The notes beneath the pieces are model-generated. The model saw only the letters and a list, made by a program, of their open reading frames with translations. It made no database searches and had not been told where the DNA came from. A DNA stretch of 64,000 nt from Oceanispirochaeta sp. (lineage in GTDB: Bacteria > Spirochaetota > Spirochaetia > DSM-2461): contig CAXXXD010000003.1 of the NCBI GenBank assembly GCA_963663385.2, positions 832,001 through 896,000 of the forward strand, given 5' to 3'. A program made the position numbers and the translations under genes. The first letter of the stretch is position 1. Each line of letters starts with the position of its first letter. Positions 19,887-28,608 of this stretch are shown in pieces.

Positions 19887-20189
19887 TTATTGACCTTCCG
19901 GGATCATGGTGATGCATCCGACCGGGCAGACTCTGGCACAGACGCCGCAGCCCTTGCAGTGATCATAGTCGAATTCCGATCTCTTTCCATTTACTGCTGT
20001 GATTGATGAATCGGGGCATACGGGAATACAGAGCAGGCAGTGGGTGCATTTGTCCCGGTCCAGTACGGGCCTGTCCGTTCTCCAGTCTCCTGTTTTAAAC
20101 TCAGCAGAATTTCCTCCGGTACAGATGTTTCCTCCCGGAGTGATGTCCTGCCAGCAGACCGTTTCTTTTACAACACTTTTTCCGCTCAT
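19887..20189 (-). CDS. porD: Pyruvate/2-oxoacid:ferredoxin oxidoreductase delta subunit (2x4Fe-4S)
   Basis: KTGDWR..RP, CTHCLLCIPVCP and CKGCGVCARVCP. Confidence 0.95.
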   Translation of the reverse strand: MSGKSVVKETVCWQDITPGGNICTGGNSAEFKTGDWRTDRPVLDRDKCTHCLLCIPVCPDSSITAVNGKRSEFDYDHCKGCGVCARVCPVGCITMIPEGQ

Positions 20190-20761
20190 CACCGGACCTC
20201 CCTGAGGGCTGTTCTCAATGCCTTCATATTTCCTTCTATTACCTCCGGTTTGGAGGCGAATTTATGTTCGAAAGAGTGCTGCATCTCGCCGATGAACTCC
20301 TCTTCATCCATAATTCCGCTGATTTTCACAATGGAGGCAAGCATGGGGGTGTTGGGAAAGTTCTTCCCCAGCGCCTCTTCCGAAATTCTTCTGGCGTCCA
20401 CCGTAAAGATTTTTCCCCCGTACTCCTCAAGGCGGGGGCGGATCATTTCCTCTGTTTTTTCTGTATTGATAATAATGGCTCCCTCCGGTTTCAGACCTCT
20501 GGTAACGGGGATATTTCCGATCAGGGTTTCATCTATGACCACAACGAAATCGGGGTTGTAGATATTCGAATGAACACGGATCCTTTCATCGCTGATTCTG
20601 TTGTAGGCTGTAATGGGGGCGCCCATTCTTTCGGGGCCGTATTCAGGAAAACCCTGAATAAATTTCCCTGTGTTGAAGGCAACATCCGCCAGAAGGAGGG
20701 CGGCCGTTTTAGCTCCCTGTCCTCCCCGTCCATGCCAGCGGATTTCCAGTATATTCGACAT
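20189..20761 (-). CDS. porC: Pyruvate/2-oxoacid:ferredoxin oxidoreductase gamma subunit
   Basis: EIRWHGRGGQGA, FPEYGPERMGAP, PNTPML. Confidence 0.95.
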   Translation of the reverse strand: MSNILEIRWHGRGGQGAKTAALLLADVAFNTGKFIQGFPEYGPERMGAPITAYNRISDERIRVHSNIYNPDFVVVIDETLIGNIPVTRGLKPEGAIIINTEKTEEMIRPRLEEYGGKIFTVDARRISEEALGKNFPNTPMLASIVKISGIMDEEEFIGEMQHSFEHKFASKPEVIEGNMKALRTALREVR

Positions 20762-20805
20762 GACATTCTCCTTGTTTCCCCTTCAAAAGGGGATGTCCTG
20801 GTAAA

Positions 20806-20822
20806 TACAAGGAGCATGCCAA
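20806..20822 (-). promoter_or_regulatory. sigma54 (-24/-12) promoter of porCDAB
   Basis: TTGGCATGCTCCTTGTA on the minus strand; divergent sigma54 activator gene adjacent. Confidence 0.75.
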
Positions 20823-20923
20823 CTTCAATACAGGAGAATTTCAATGGTTTGATACTATATTGGTGTTGTAAATGTTAGTATATTAAGTAAAAGTGTTAGA
20901 AAATATGTTAGAATTGAAGTGCT

Positions 20924-22333
20924 ATGCTTAAATATGAAGATTTATATTCGTCCGGACTGTTTGAAAAAATACTGGACAGGAGTAACGACGGAATCAATGT
21001 TGTAGATACTGACGGGAATATCGTCTATGTCAATCAGATCTCCGCTGACTATGCTGCTACGGAAATTTCAAAAATGCAGGGGAAGCATATTTCTGTTTTC
21101 TACCCTGATGCGGTTCTGCTTAAGGTTCTGAAAAACAGGCATGCTGTTCTGGATAAGACAATTCACTATGTGGGCACAAAGAAGTATGTTGTAAGCTCCT
21201 TTCCTATCTACAAGGAGGGACAGTTCGCCGGTGCCTTCTCCATTTTCAAGGATATACAGGAAATTGATGAGCTGAACAGAAAAGTGAAGTTTCTGGAAAT
21301 CCAGATTTCCCTGAACAGGCCGGAAAGCCGGTTTTCATCGGTAATCGGGAATGACGGGAGTTTAAAAGATGTGCTGATTAAAGCCAAACGAACAGTCGGG
21401 TCTCTGGCCGGTCCCAGGCACTCCATTATTATCGGTGAGTCCGGGACGGGGAAAACCATGCTGGCCAACCTGATTTACGAGTATGCCAAAGAGGTCGGAG
21501 TTATCGATAAGGGGGCTCCTTTTATAGAGATAAACTGCGGGCAGTTTACCAATTCGGATATTGCCGCGGTGGAAATTTTCGGCAGCGAAAAAGGCGCCTA
21601 TACAGGGTCTGTACAGAAAAAGGGGCTTTTTGAACAGGCTAACGGCGGAATCCTCTTTCTGGACGAAGCCCATGCGCTTGGCAGTTATCAGACAATGCTT
21701 TTAAAAGCTGTAGAATCCGGCAGGATAAGACGAATAGGGGGGGGCAGGGAGATCTCAGTGGATGTCATTATCATTGCCGCTTCCACAAAGAACCTGAAAG
21801 AGGAGATGCTCCCCGAACTGTACCAGCGACTGGCCCAGTATCAGCTTTATCTGCCGTCTCTGCAGGAAAGGGGAGCCGATGAGCGGACTAATCTGCTGAA
21901 CCACTTCATTGAAAAATATATCAAATCGGTTGAGGAGCTTCAGGGGCTCCGGTATAACGTGAAATTCAGGGAAGAGGCGAGAAAAGCCCTAATAGATGCC
22001 CATTACTCAAGGAATATCCGGCAATTCCGGGATGTGGTGAACTACAGTATCGATGCGGCAGCTCCTCTTATCGCTGATATACAGGACCAGGATGAAATTT
22101 TTACCGAGATCGGTCTGGAACACCTGCCCTTTGAAATTGCGGAAGAGCAGGGCGAAGAGAATCCTGATGAAAAGATAGTTATAGACGAACAGGCGGCTTC
22201 CTTTATAGAAGAGTGGCGGGGGGCAGGATACGGACCCCGCCGGATTGCCGGGAAACTTGGTGAGAAAGGGTACAGGATTGAATATTACAAAGTTGCCTAC
22301 TATCTGAAAAAAAACAATCCGGACAAATCCTGA
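20924..22333 (+). CDS. PAS-domain sigma54-dependent transcriptional activator (bEBP)
   Basis: N-terminal PAS, GESGTGKT Walker A, FGSEKGAYTGS (GAFTGA variant), LFLDEAH Walker B, NIRQFRDVV. Confidence 0.9.
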   Translation: MLKYEDLYSSGLFEKILDRSNDGINVVDTDGNIVYVNQISADYAATEISKMQGKHISVFYPDAVLLKVLKNRHAVLDKTIHYVGTKKYVVSSFPIYKEGQFAGAFSIFKDIQEIDELNRKVKFLEIQISLNRPESRFSSVIGNDGSLKDVLIKAKRTVGSLAGPRHSIIIGESGTGKTMLANLIYEYAKEVGVIDKGAPFIEINCGQFTNSDIAAVEIFGSEKGAYTGSVQKKGLFEQANGGILFLDEAHALGSYQTMLLKAVESGRIRRIGGGREISVDVIIIAASTKNLKEEMLPELYQRLAQYQLYLPSLQERGADERTNLLNHFIEKYIKSVEELQGLRYNVKFREEARKALIDAHYSRNIRQFRDVVNYSIDAAAPLIADIQDQDEIFTEIGLEHLPFEIAEEQGEENPDEKIVIDEQAASFIEEWRGAGYGPRRIAGKLGEKGYRIEYYKVAYYLKKNNPDKS

Positions 22334-22455
22334 CAGCAGTGATGATGTTATATTCACGGTTGTCGCATATGCAAATATCGGATGGGGTTTAGCATCTGAA
22401 GACTTATTTACAATTATAGGAGCCTGTCACTCAGATGACGGCCCCTTACATATCG

Positions 22456-22565
22456 TTATTTCAATCTGCCTCCATAAACAGGAAATATCCGGGCTTCTCC
22501 ATATCTCTGATCTGTTCCGGATTTTAAGGATACCCATATCCTTATCTGTAAGGTTGAAATGTTTA
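22456..22565 (-). pseudogene. Frameshifted 3' remnant of an aldo/keto reductase gene
   Basis: Across frameshifts reads FNLTDKDMGILK/NPEQIRD/GEARIFPVYGGRLK*, resembling the C-terminus of Firmicute-type AKRs as I recall it; hairpin follows at about 22418-22446. Confidence 0.5.
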
Positions 22566-22785
22566 TTTCATCATATAGATTGCCTCCTGAACAGGTTATC
22601 AGTCCCTGCCGCTATAAGGAATTCTCATTGTCAATGCAATTGCTTCTCTATCTTACCTGTAGAACATGGCTTTAAAAAAATATCAGAGCTGAATCAACAT
22701 AAACCAACAAAAAATATTGATATATGTTGAAATATGTGGTTTGATAGTTGTCAGACAAGTTTGCCTGACAGGTGAAGGAGAAAAA

Positions 22786-23967
22786 ATGAAAAGAATACTT
22801 ACCCTTATTGCAGGGAGCCTTATTCTGGCGGCCCTGGTGTCCTGTACATCAACAAGCAGTGGCGCAGATGTAGATTCAATAACAAGTGAAATCGCGCTGA
22901 GTGAGGCTTATAAAGCCATGGATCTGCCTACATATGACGGCACTCTCAGCTCTCCTGATCACTTGAGCTTTTATGAAGCCGTAATGCATTCTGTTGCGGC
23001 TGCTGATATGACAGAACTGGCCGAAACATTCAGTAAAGAAAAGAGCCTTTCCATTCTTTCCGGATTCGGACTTGAAAGCACCGGCGATGATAAATACGAC
23101 AGTTTTACCGCAGCTGCCCTGGTTATCGATATCATCGATGCCGACTGGTATAGCAAAGCTTCTAAAAAGGAAACACCCTCTTCTGCCGATCTGGATACTC
23201 TTTTCAGTGGTGTTGACAGTTTTTACCACAGTGAAGACTCAGGTGAGTCTATTTCTGATGCGGGTGTTTTTTCCGCACTTCTGGAAGACTGGAACAGCTA
23301 CGCCCTCGTCCGGGGGATCGATCTTCTGGATACGGTAGATGAAGCAGTTATCAGAAGCATTGTTACAGGTTACAACGTGCTTGAAACAGCTGATCATCCC
23401 GGTTACGCCCCTGAACTGACCATCACATACGGTCACAGCGATATCAAGCATGCCCTTCAGCTGCTGGCTCTTCTGGACAGCGAAGGTCTGGATGCAGAGG
23501 TTGCCTTCCAGGGCAAGACCAGTGCATTCCTATATCTGAAAGAGTGGGGTGAACCTACAGAAAGCGATACCTTCCAGGTAAAACAGATTCCCAACGGTAA
23601 TTATGTAGCCTACTCCAAAGAGTACAATCTGCTTTTCCAATTCAAGACAGTTGAAGAAAAGAATGATTTTGACCGTGTGATTCTGGCTTATGCCAAGAAG
23701 GACAGTACCGATGAACCCGGCCTGATTTACGGTTCCTGGTGGCAGCCTCTCTACTTTTCCGCAACTCCCATGGGTGAGGGATATAGAACAATCACCGATC
23801 ATGTCATTCTGGACGGAGATTATGAAGCACATCCCTTCTCCCTGAACGAGCGGGCTGAAGAAGTTGATGCCGGTTTCATGGATATTGATCCTTCGGTTAA
23901 TCTGAACAGTGTGGAGTTCTGGGTTAACCAGGCATTCTACAACTACTTGACCGGTGAGTTTAAATAA
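22786..23967 (+). CDS. Lipoprotein of unknown function
   Basis: AAGGAG RBS; MKRILTLIAGSLILAALVSC lipobox; acidic body with TYGHSDIKHA and GSWWQPLY segments. Confidence 0.8.
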   Translation: MKRILTLIAGSLILAALVSCTSTSSGADVDSITSEIALSEAYKAMDLPTYDGTLSSPDHLSFYEAVMHSVAAADMTELAETFSKEKSLSILSGFGLESTGDDKYDSFTAAALVIDIIDADWYSKASKKETPSSADLDTLFSGVDSFYHSEDSGESISDAGVFSALLEDWNSYALVRGIDLLDTVDEAVIRSIVTGYNVLETADHPGYAPELTITYGHSDIKHALQLLALLDSEGLDAEVAFQGKTSAFLYLKEWGEPTESDTFQVKQIPNGNYVAYSKEYNLLFQFKTVEEKNDFDRVILAYAKKDSTDEPGLIYGSWWQPLYFSATPMGEGYRTITDHVILDGDYEAHPFSLNERAEEVDAGFMDIDPSVNLNSVEFWVNQAFYNYLTGEFK

Positions 23968-23984
23968 GCATAATGAATTTAAAG

Positions 23985-24020
23985 AGCCGGGCAGGATGAA
24001 AGCTCTGCCCGGTTATTTTT
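23985..24020 (+). terminator. Intrinsic terminator
   Basis: GCCGGGCAG...CTGCCCGGT followed by a T-tract. Confidence 0.75.
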
Positions 24021-24021
24021 A

Positions 24022-24190
24022 TTGCTTGATCATACGCCTGTTGGTACAGAATATCCCATTGAAGACCAGAGAACAGGAACGAAAGATGTAAAAGTCCGGA
24101 ATTTCACCTTTAATGTCACTCCTCATGAACTGGTGACAGGTCTGATTACGGAAAACGGGATATTACGGCCTCCCTGGGCGGAGAGGTTAA
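24022..24190 (+). pseudogene. mtnA: C-terminal remnant of methylthioribose-1-phosphate isomerase (eIF2B-alpha-like)
   Basis: TPVGTEYPIEDQR..DVKVRNFTFNVTPHELVTGLITENGILRPP matches the family tail (IPIEER..NPAFDVTP.ELIT.IITE.G); N-terminus absent. Confidence 0.75.
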
Positions 24191-24212
24191 AATCTAAGAG
24201 GGTGGTTGGGAA

Positions 24213-24971
24213 ATGCTTGCTGAACAACGAAGAGAGTACATCTATAAACTCCTGATGCAGAAGGGCAGTATCACGGTTTCCGAGCTCAGTCTTCTGTGCC
24301 GTATCGGTGAAGAAACCATCCGCAGGGATCTCAATAAAATGGCTGCTGCCGGCCGGATCGAGAAAATCCACGGCGGCGCCTGTATCCGGGAATCCATGCA
24401 CCGGGTTCTTCCTGTCTCCACCCGGAGAGGTCTCAATATGGATGCCAAACAGAGAATTGCACTCAAGTGCTGCGATCTTGTCGAAGAAGGTGACACCATT
24501 TTTCTGGATGGCAGCACAACAGCGCAGGCCATTGCGGAAGTTCTGATCCCTTTCAGTAATCTGATAGTTATTACAAACTCTCTGGATGTCGCTCAGATTC
24601 TGGCCGCCGGAGAGAGTATCAAAATAATTGGTATCGGCGGGACGATGCGGAATACAACCAAAACCTTTGTCGGGCACTCAACGGTTATGGATATTGGAGC
24701 GTTCTATGCCGATAAGTGCATCATCTGCTGTGACGGCGCGGATCGAAGCTGCGGTATCACCGATGCCCATGAACAGGAAGCGGAAGTCAGGAAAACAATG
24801 CTCTCTCACTCAAAAACACGCATACTGGCCGCGGACCGCAGTAAATTTGATAAGACATCTTTTTCCAGGATCTGCACATGGGATCTTCCGGATATCATCG
24901 TGACTGATATTGAGCCTGATGAAAAGTGGAAAGCCTTTTTTCAGGAAAAATCAATCCGCTGCGAAATTTAA
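24213..24971 (+). CDS. DeoR/GlpR-family transcriptional regulator
   Basis: MLAEQRRE..ETIRRDL..HGGA, IFLDGSTT, ITNSL, ADRSKF. Confidence 0.93.
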   Translation: MLAEQRREYIYKLLMQKGSITVSELSLLCRIGEETIRRDLNKMAAAGRIEKIHGGACIRESMHRVLPVSTRRGLNMDAKQRIALKCCDLVEEGDTIFLDGSTTAQAIAEVLIPFSNLIVITNSLDVAQILAAGESIKIIGIGGTMRNTTKTFVGHSTVMDIGAFYADKCIICCDGADRSCGITDAHEQEAEVRKTMLSHSKTRILAADRSKFDKTSFSRICTWDLPDIIVTDIEPDEKWKAFFQEKSIRCEI

Positions 24972-25038
24972 GACAGCTGCAACTGTATCTTTAAAAAAGT
25001 TAATTTAATCGCAAACTGGGTAATTATATATTAAAACA

Positions 25039-25090
25039 TGCGTTAGACTGGACTTGAACCAGCACAGACTTGCGGCCACAGCCCCTTAAA
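25039..25090 (-). pseudogene. 3' half of a tRNA-Leu gene (att-like fragment)
   Basis: Minus strand TTTAAGG-GGCTG-TGGCCGCAAGTCTGT-GCTGG TTCAAGT CCAGT-CTAACGC-A: anticodon loop, long variable arm, T arm, acceptor 3' strand, discriminator A; no 5' half. Confidence 0.75.
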
Positions 25091-25654
25091 CTAGCGGTTC
25101 TTCCCGATCAGACTCATAAACTCTTCCCGTGTCGCCGTGGAGGAGTGGAAGCTGCCCAGTACGGATGAGGTCACCATGGAGGAGTTCTGTTTCTGCACCC
25201 CCCGCATCATCATGCACATATGACGGCACTCCATAACCACGCCGACCCCTTCGGCGCCGACTTCCTCCCGTATGGTATGGGCAATCTGGGAGGTCAGCCT
25301 CTCCTGAATCTGCAGCCTTCTGGCGTAATAGTCCACAATCCGGGCCATTTTGCTTACGCCTATCACTTTATCTTTTGCAATGTAGCCGATATGGCAGGTT
25401 CCGAAAAAGGGGAGCATATGGTGCTCGCAGAGGCTGTATACTTCAATATCCTTGCACAGGATCATATTATTGGCTTCCGATTCAAAAACCGCGCCATTGA
25501 TTACTTCATTCAGGTCCATGGAGTAGCCGCTTGTGAGGAATTTATAGGCTTCAGCCACTCTTTCCGGAGTTTTTACCAGACCTTCCCTGTCGGGATCTTC
25601 TCCAATCTCCAGAAGAAGTTCATGTACCAATTGTGTAACTCTTTCTTTATTCAT
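25091..25654 (-). CDS. folE: GTP cyclohydrolase I
   Basis: [45 protein letters not shown]. Confidence 0.97.
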   Translation of the reverse strand: MNKERVTQLVHELLLEIGEDPDREGLVKTPERVAEAYKFLTSGYSMDLNEVINGAVFESEANNMILCKDIEVYSLCEHHMLPFFGTCHIGYIAKDKVIGVSKMARIVDYYARRLQIQERLTSQIAHTIREEVGAEGVGVVMECRHMCMMMRGVQKQNSSMVTSSVLGSFHSSTATREEFMSLIGKNR

Positions 25655-25749
25655 TTTAAATCTCCCAAGGGCAGACTGAATAAACCTGTCCTTTAGTAAA
25701 ACAGTGATCCTCTACCGGTTTATCAGATCAGAGTAATCCTGTCTATTGC

Positions 25750-26118
25750 TTATATACGGGTGCGGAAAATTTCCACTCCCACGGATTTGCAGAACCTGAG
25801 GGCTGTTGGTTTTTCCACTTTAACCTGAACAGCCTGAACGCCCTCTGTGGAGAGACAGAGATTCGCAACGGCCTGTGTCAGCTTTTCCACCAGGAGGTAG
25901 GAGGAGGATTCCACCATATCCATAACAGCCACTTGCAGGGCATGGTAGTTAACTGCATCGTTTATATCTTCAGTGTCAATGGCGTTAGAAAAATCCGTGT
26001 AAAGGGTCAGGTTGATAATCACATCCTGTCTGTTGACTCTCTCCTCGTCATAAATCCCTATTATGGTTCGAACCAGAAGGTCACGGATAAAAATTTTATC
26101 CATTTTTTCAAAGTCCAT
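25750..26118 (-). CDS. FolB/FolX-family protein, FolX-like (dihydroneopterin triphosphate epimerase or aldolase)
   Basis: RTIIGI..EE..NRQDVIIN, EDINDAVNY, LLVEKLTQ, KPTALRF. Confidence 0.85.
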   Translation of the reverse strand: MDFEKMDKIFIRDLLVRTIIGIYDEERVNRQDVIINLTLYTDFSNAIDTEDINDAVNYHALQVAVMDMVESSSYLLVEKLTQAVANLCLSTEGVQAVQVKVEKPTALRFCKSVGVEIFRTRI

Positions 26119-26851
26119 AAAAACTTCCCTTCAGGTGCCGGCCTCCGTCTACAAACAGAACCTGACCTGTAATAAATGTATTGTATATAAGAAAGGCAAG
26201 GCTGTCGGTTATCTGTTCCAGGGTCCCGATTTTTTTTAGGGGATTGGAATCGATCCTTTTTTTCAGATACTCCTCAGTCGCGCCCGGAGGCGGGATAATC
26301 AGGCCGGGGGCAATGGCGTTTACCCTGATAGAGGGCGCCAGCTCGCTGCTGAGTATCCTGGTCAGAGAGAACAGAGCCCGCTTGCTTAAATGATAGGCCA
26401 GGTGGCTGCTGTTATTATCGACAATTCTGGTATCCAGAAAATTAATGATACACTCGCCCCGGTTTTCCTGCCTGGCAAATTCCCTGGACAGGATAAACGG
26501 AGAGAGGGTATTGATCTGGTAATTAATTAGAAAATCCTCAATCTCCGTATCCTCCCAGGTCCCTCTGGGGAAGATAGAGGCTGAGTTTATCAGAATGTCC
26601 ACACCCTCAGTCTTGTTAAGGGCTTCGGTCATCAGCTTTTTACCGCTGTCCTTCTCCGAAAGATCCTGTTGAATAATCCAGGCTTTCTTTCCGTACATCC
26701 GGATGGAACGGGCCAGCTCATCCGCCTCTTCTTTAGAATTATTATAGTGGATTAAAATATCCGCCCCTTCCCGGGCCAGCTTCAGGGCGCAGGATCGGCC
26801 GATCCGGCGGGCGCTTCCCGTAATCAGTGCGGTTTTACCTGTTAAATTCAT
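26108..26851 (-). CDS. Pteridine reductase-type SDR (FolM/PTR1-like)
   Basis: TGSARRIG, HYNNS, YHLSK, ELAP.IRVNAIAPG, ITGQVLFVDGGRHL. Confidence 0.87.
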   Translation of the reverse strand: MNLTGKTALITGSARRIGRSCALKLAREGADILIHYNNSKEEADELARSIRMYGKKAWIIQQDLSEKDSGKKLMTEALNKTEGVDILINSASIFPRGTWEDTEIEDFLINYQINTLSPFILSREFARQENRGECIINFLDTRIVDNNSSHLAYHLSKRALFSLTRILSSELAPSIRVNAIAPGLIIPPPGATEEYLKKRIDSNPLKKIGTLEQITDSLAFLIYNTFITGQVLFVDGGRHLKGSFYGL

Positions 26852-26890
26852 ATCTTTCCGGTTTCTCCATTAAATCGAGTACGAACAACC

Positions 26891-28540
26891 TTATGGTTCA
26901 GGATTATTTCTGATTTCATCCACTACCCTGAGTATTTCCGGCAAAAGCTGTTTTTTCCGGGAGAGGATCCCGGGAAGGTCATATAGATTTTCTATGATTT
27001 TATTATAGATCAGATGCTTTTCACCTTCCTCATAGGATGTCATCATCAAATAGCTGGTTTCTTTTATAACATTGGTAATAAGAAGCATGGCCCAGTCAAG
27101 GTTATTATCTCTGCGGATTTTATCCAGTATGGGAAGGTAGTCCGGGGTTACGGATTCCACATCTTCCAGGGTAACAACTTCTGCCTGGGCAATCCCGATG
27201 GCAATGTTCTCTCTATAGATTTTGAAGTCGCCTTTCAGGATTTCTTCGGGATCCCCCTCTTTCAGAGAGGAATTCTGGCTGAAAAGTTCCTGTCCGTACT
27301 CATCCGGATTTACATCGGCTACAGCAGCCAGTTCTTCTACAGCGCTGCGGTCTTCTCCGGTGGTGGTGGGAGATTTAAGCAGTACCGTATCGGACAGAAT
27401 GCCCGAAAGAAGGAGGAGAGCTATCTCTTTTGTCAACTCGACTCCATGTGTTTTAAAATGAGTATAAACAATGGTACAGGTGCTTCCAACAGGCCTGGCA
27501 TAAACGTAAATCGGCTCTCTCGTGCTATTGTTTCCCAGGCGGTGATGATCCAGTATTTCCAGTATATTTGTCTGTTCTGCACCGGGAATACTCTGGGACA
27601 GTTCGTTATGGTCCATAAGGATCAGTTTTTTACTGGGTTTTTCAATAAAACAGCGGCGGGTAACAATCCCCGAAAACTGATCCCCCTCGAATACGGGAAG
27701 CCCCCGGAAGGAGGACTCCACCAGGGTTTTCTTGGCTGCGTCAAAGCTCTGATCACTGCTGATTTTAAGGGGGTGAGTATTCATAATACTCTTTAAAGGT
27801 GTGCTGAGCCTGAGCAGACGGATTGTTTCCGCCGTATCCGCATGGGAAACATACAGAGTCCCCCTGTAAATACTGAAATCCATGGGAATCTCTTCGTCCT
27901 TTGATATCCCTGTCAGTATGATGGCGGGAAACTGCTCCTGTACGGCATATTCCAGAATATCTGATCTTAAACCTATAACCAGAATGGGTTTCAAAGGGAG
28001 GAGCTGATTGATCCGTTCCTTGCTGATTTCGTAGGGCATGGCTCCTGTCATAATGGGCGCTTCGAACTCCTGCTTTTCACCTCTCCGGTAGAAGTACCCG
28101 GGCAGAACCTTTTTAAAGTTATTTATCCGGAAATGATAGGTGGGACGGTTTTCCAGATTATCACTGATCAGAAATCCTGATATTTCATGGAGGCTCACTG
28201 TCCCTTTGAATTCGGTTTCATCCCTGAACACGGGGATGAGACTCAGGTTCTGCTCATCCAGACGGCGGATAGCCGAAAACAGGGGGTCGTTCATATCCAT
28301 GGTCGGAATATCCCGTTTGGCCACATCCGCTACCTGGGGGCTGATATCCCGCATCAGCCGGGGCGGCGTAATACCCAGTCTGTTAAAAACCATCTTCGTC
28401 TGATTATTTAAACGTCCGCATCGGACAGGAATATAGTTGTTTTCCTTATCAATTGTATTTTTCAGTATGCTGTAGCACCAGGCGCTGCAAACTGAATCCA
28501 TATCGGGATTCTTGTGTCCTGTAATATATATGTCAGCCAG
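26891..28540 (-). CDS. ppaC: CBS/DRTGG-containing family II Mn-dependent inorganic pyrophosphatase
   Basis: IYITGHKNPDMDS lies upstream of the first ATG; CBS pair with DRTGG-like insert, DHN, DHH, GSTCT, SRKKQ; likely CTG start at 28540. Confidence 0.92.
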   Translation of the reverse strand: MADIYITGHKNPDMDSVCSAWCYSILKNTIDKENNYIPVRCGRLNNQTKMVFNRLGITPPRLMRDISPQVADVAKRDIPTMDMNDPLFSAIRRLDEQNLSLIPVFRDETEFKGTVSLHEISGFLISDNLENRPTYHFRINNFKKVLPGYFYRRGEKQEFEAPIMTGAMPYEISKERINQLLPLKPILVIGLRSDILEYAVQEQFPAIILTGISKDEEIPMDFSIYRGTLYVSHADTAETIRLLRLSTPLKSIMNTHPLKISSDQSFDAAKKTLVESSFRGLPVFEGDQFSGIVTRRCFIEKPSKKLILMDHNELSQSIPGAEQTNILEILDHHRLGNNSTREPIYVYARPVGSTCTIVYTHFKTHGVELTKEIALLLLSGILSDTVLLKSPTTTGEDRSAVEELAAVADVNPDEYGQELFSQNSSLKEGDPEEILKGDFKIYRENIAIGIAQAEVVTLEDVESVTPDYLPILDKIRRDNNLDWAMLLITNVIKETSYLMMTSYEEGEKHLIYNKIIENLYDLPGILSRKKQLLPEILRVVDEIRNNPEP

Positions 28541-28608
28541 AGTCTGCTCCTTCCTATCTTTACAGGAAAATCATAAACAGAATTATCCCTTCTGTCTATG
28601 AAGAGGAA

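Noticed and set aside
10300..25090. Intact genomic island or prophage
   Set aside because: No integrase, transposase, phage gene or second att copy in the window; only scars and accessory-looking genes
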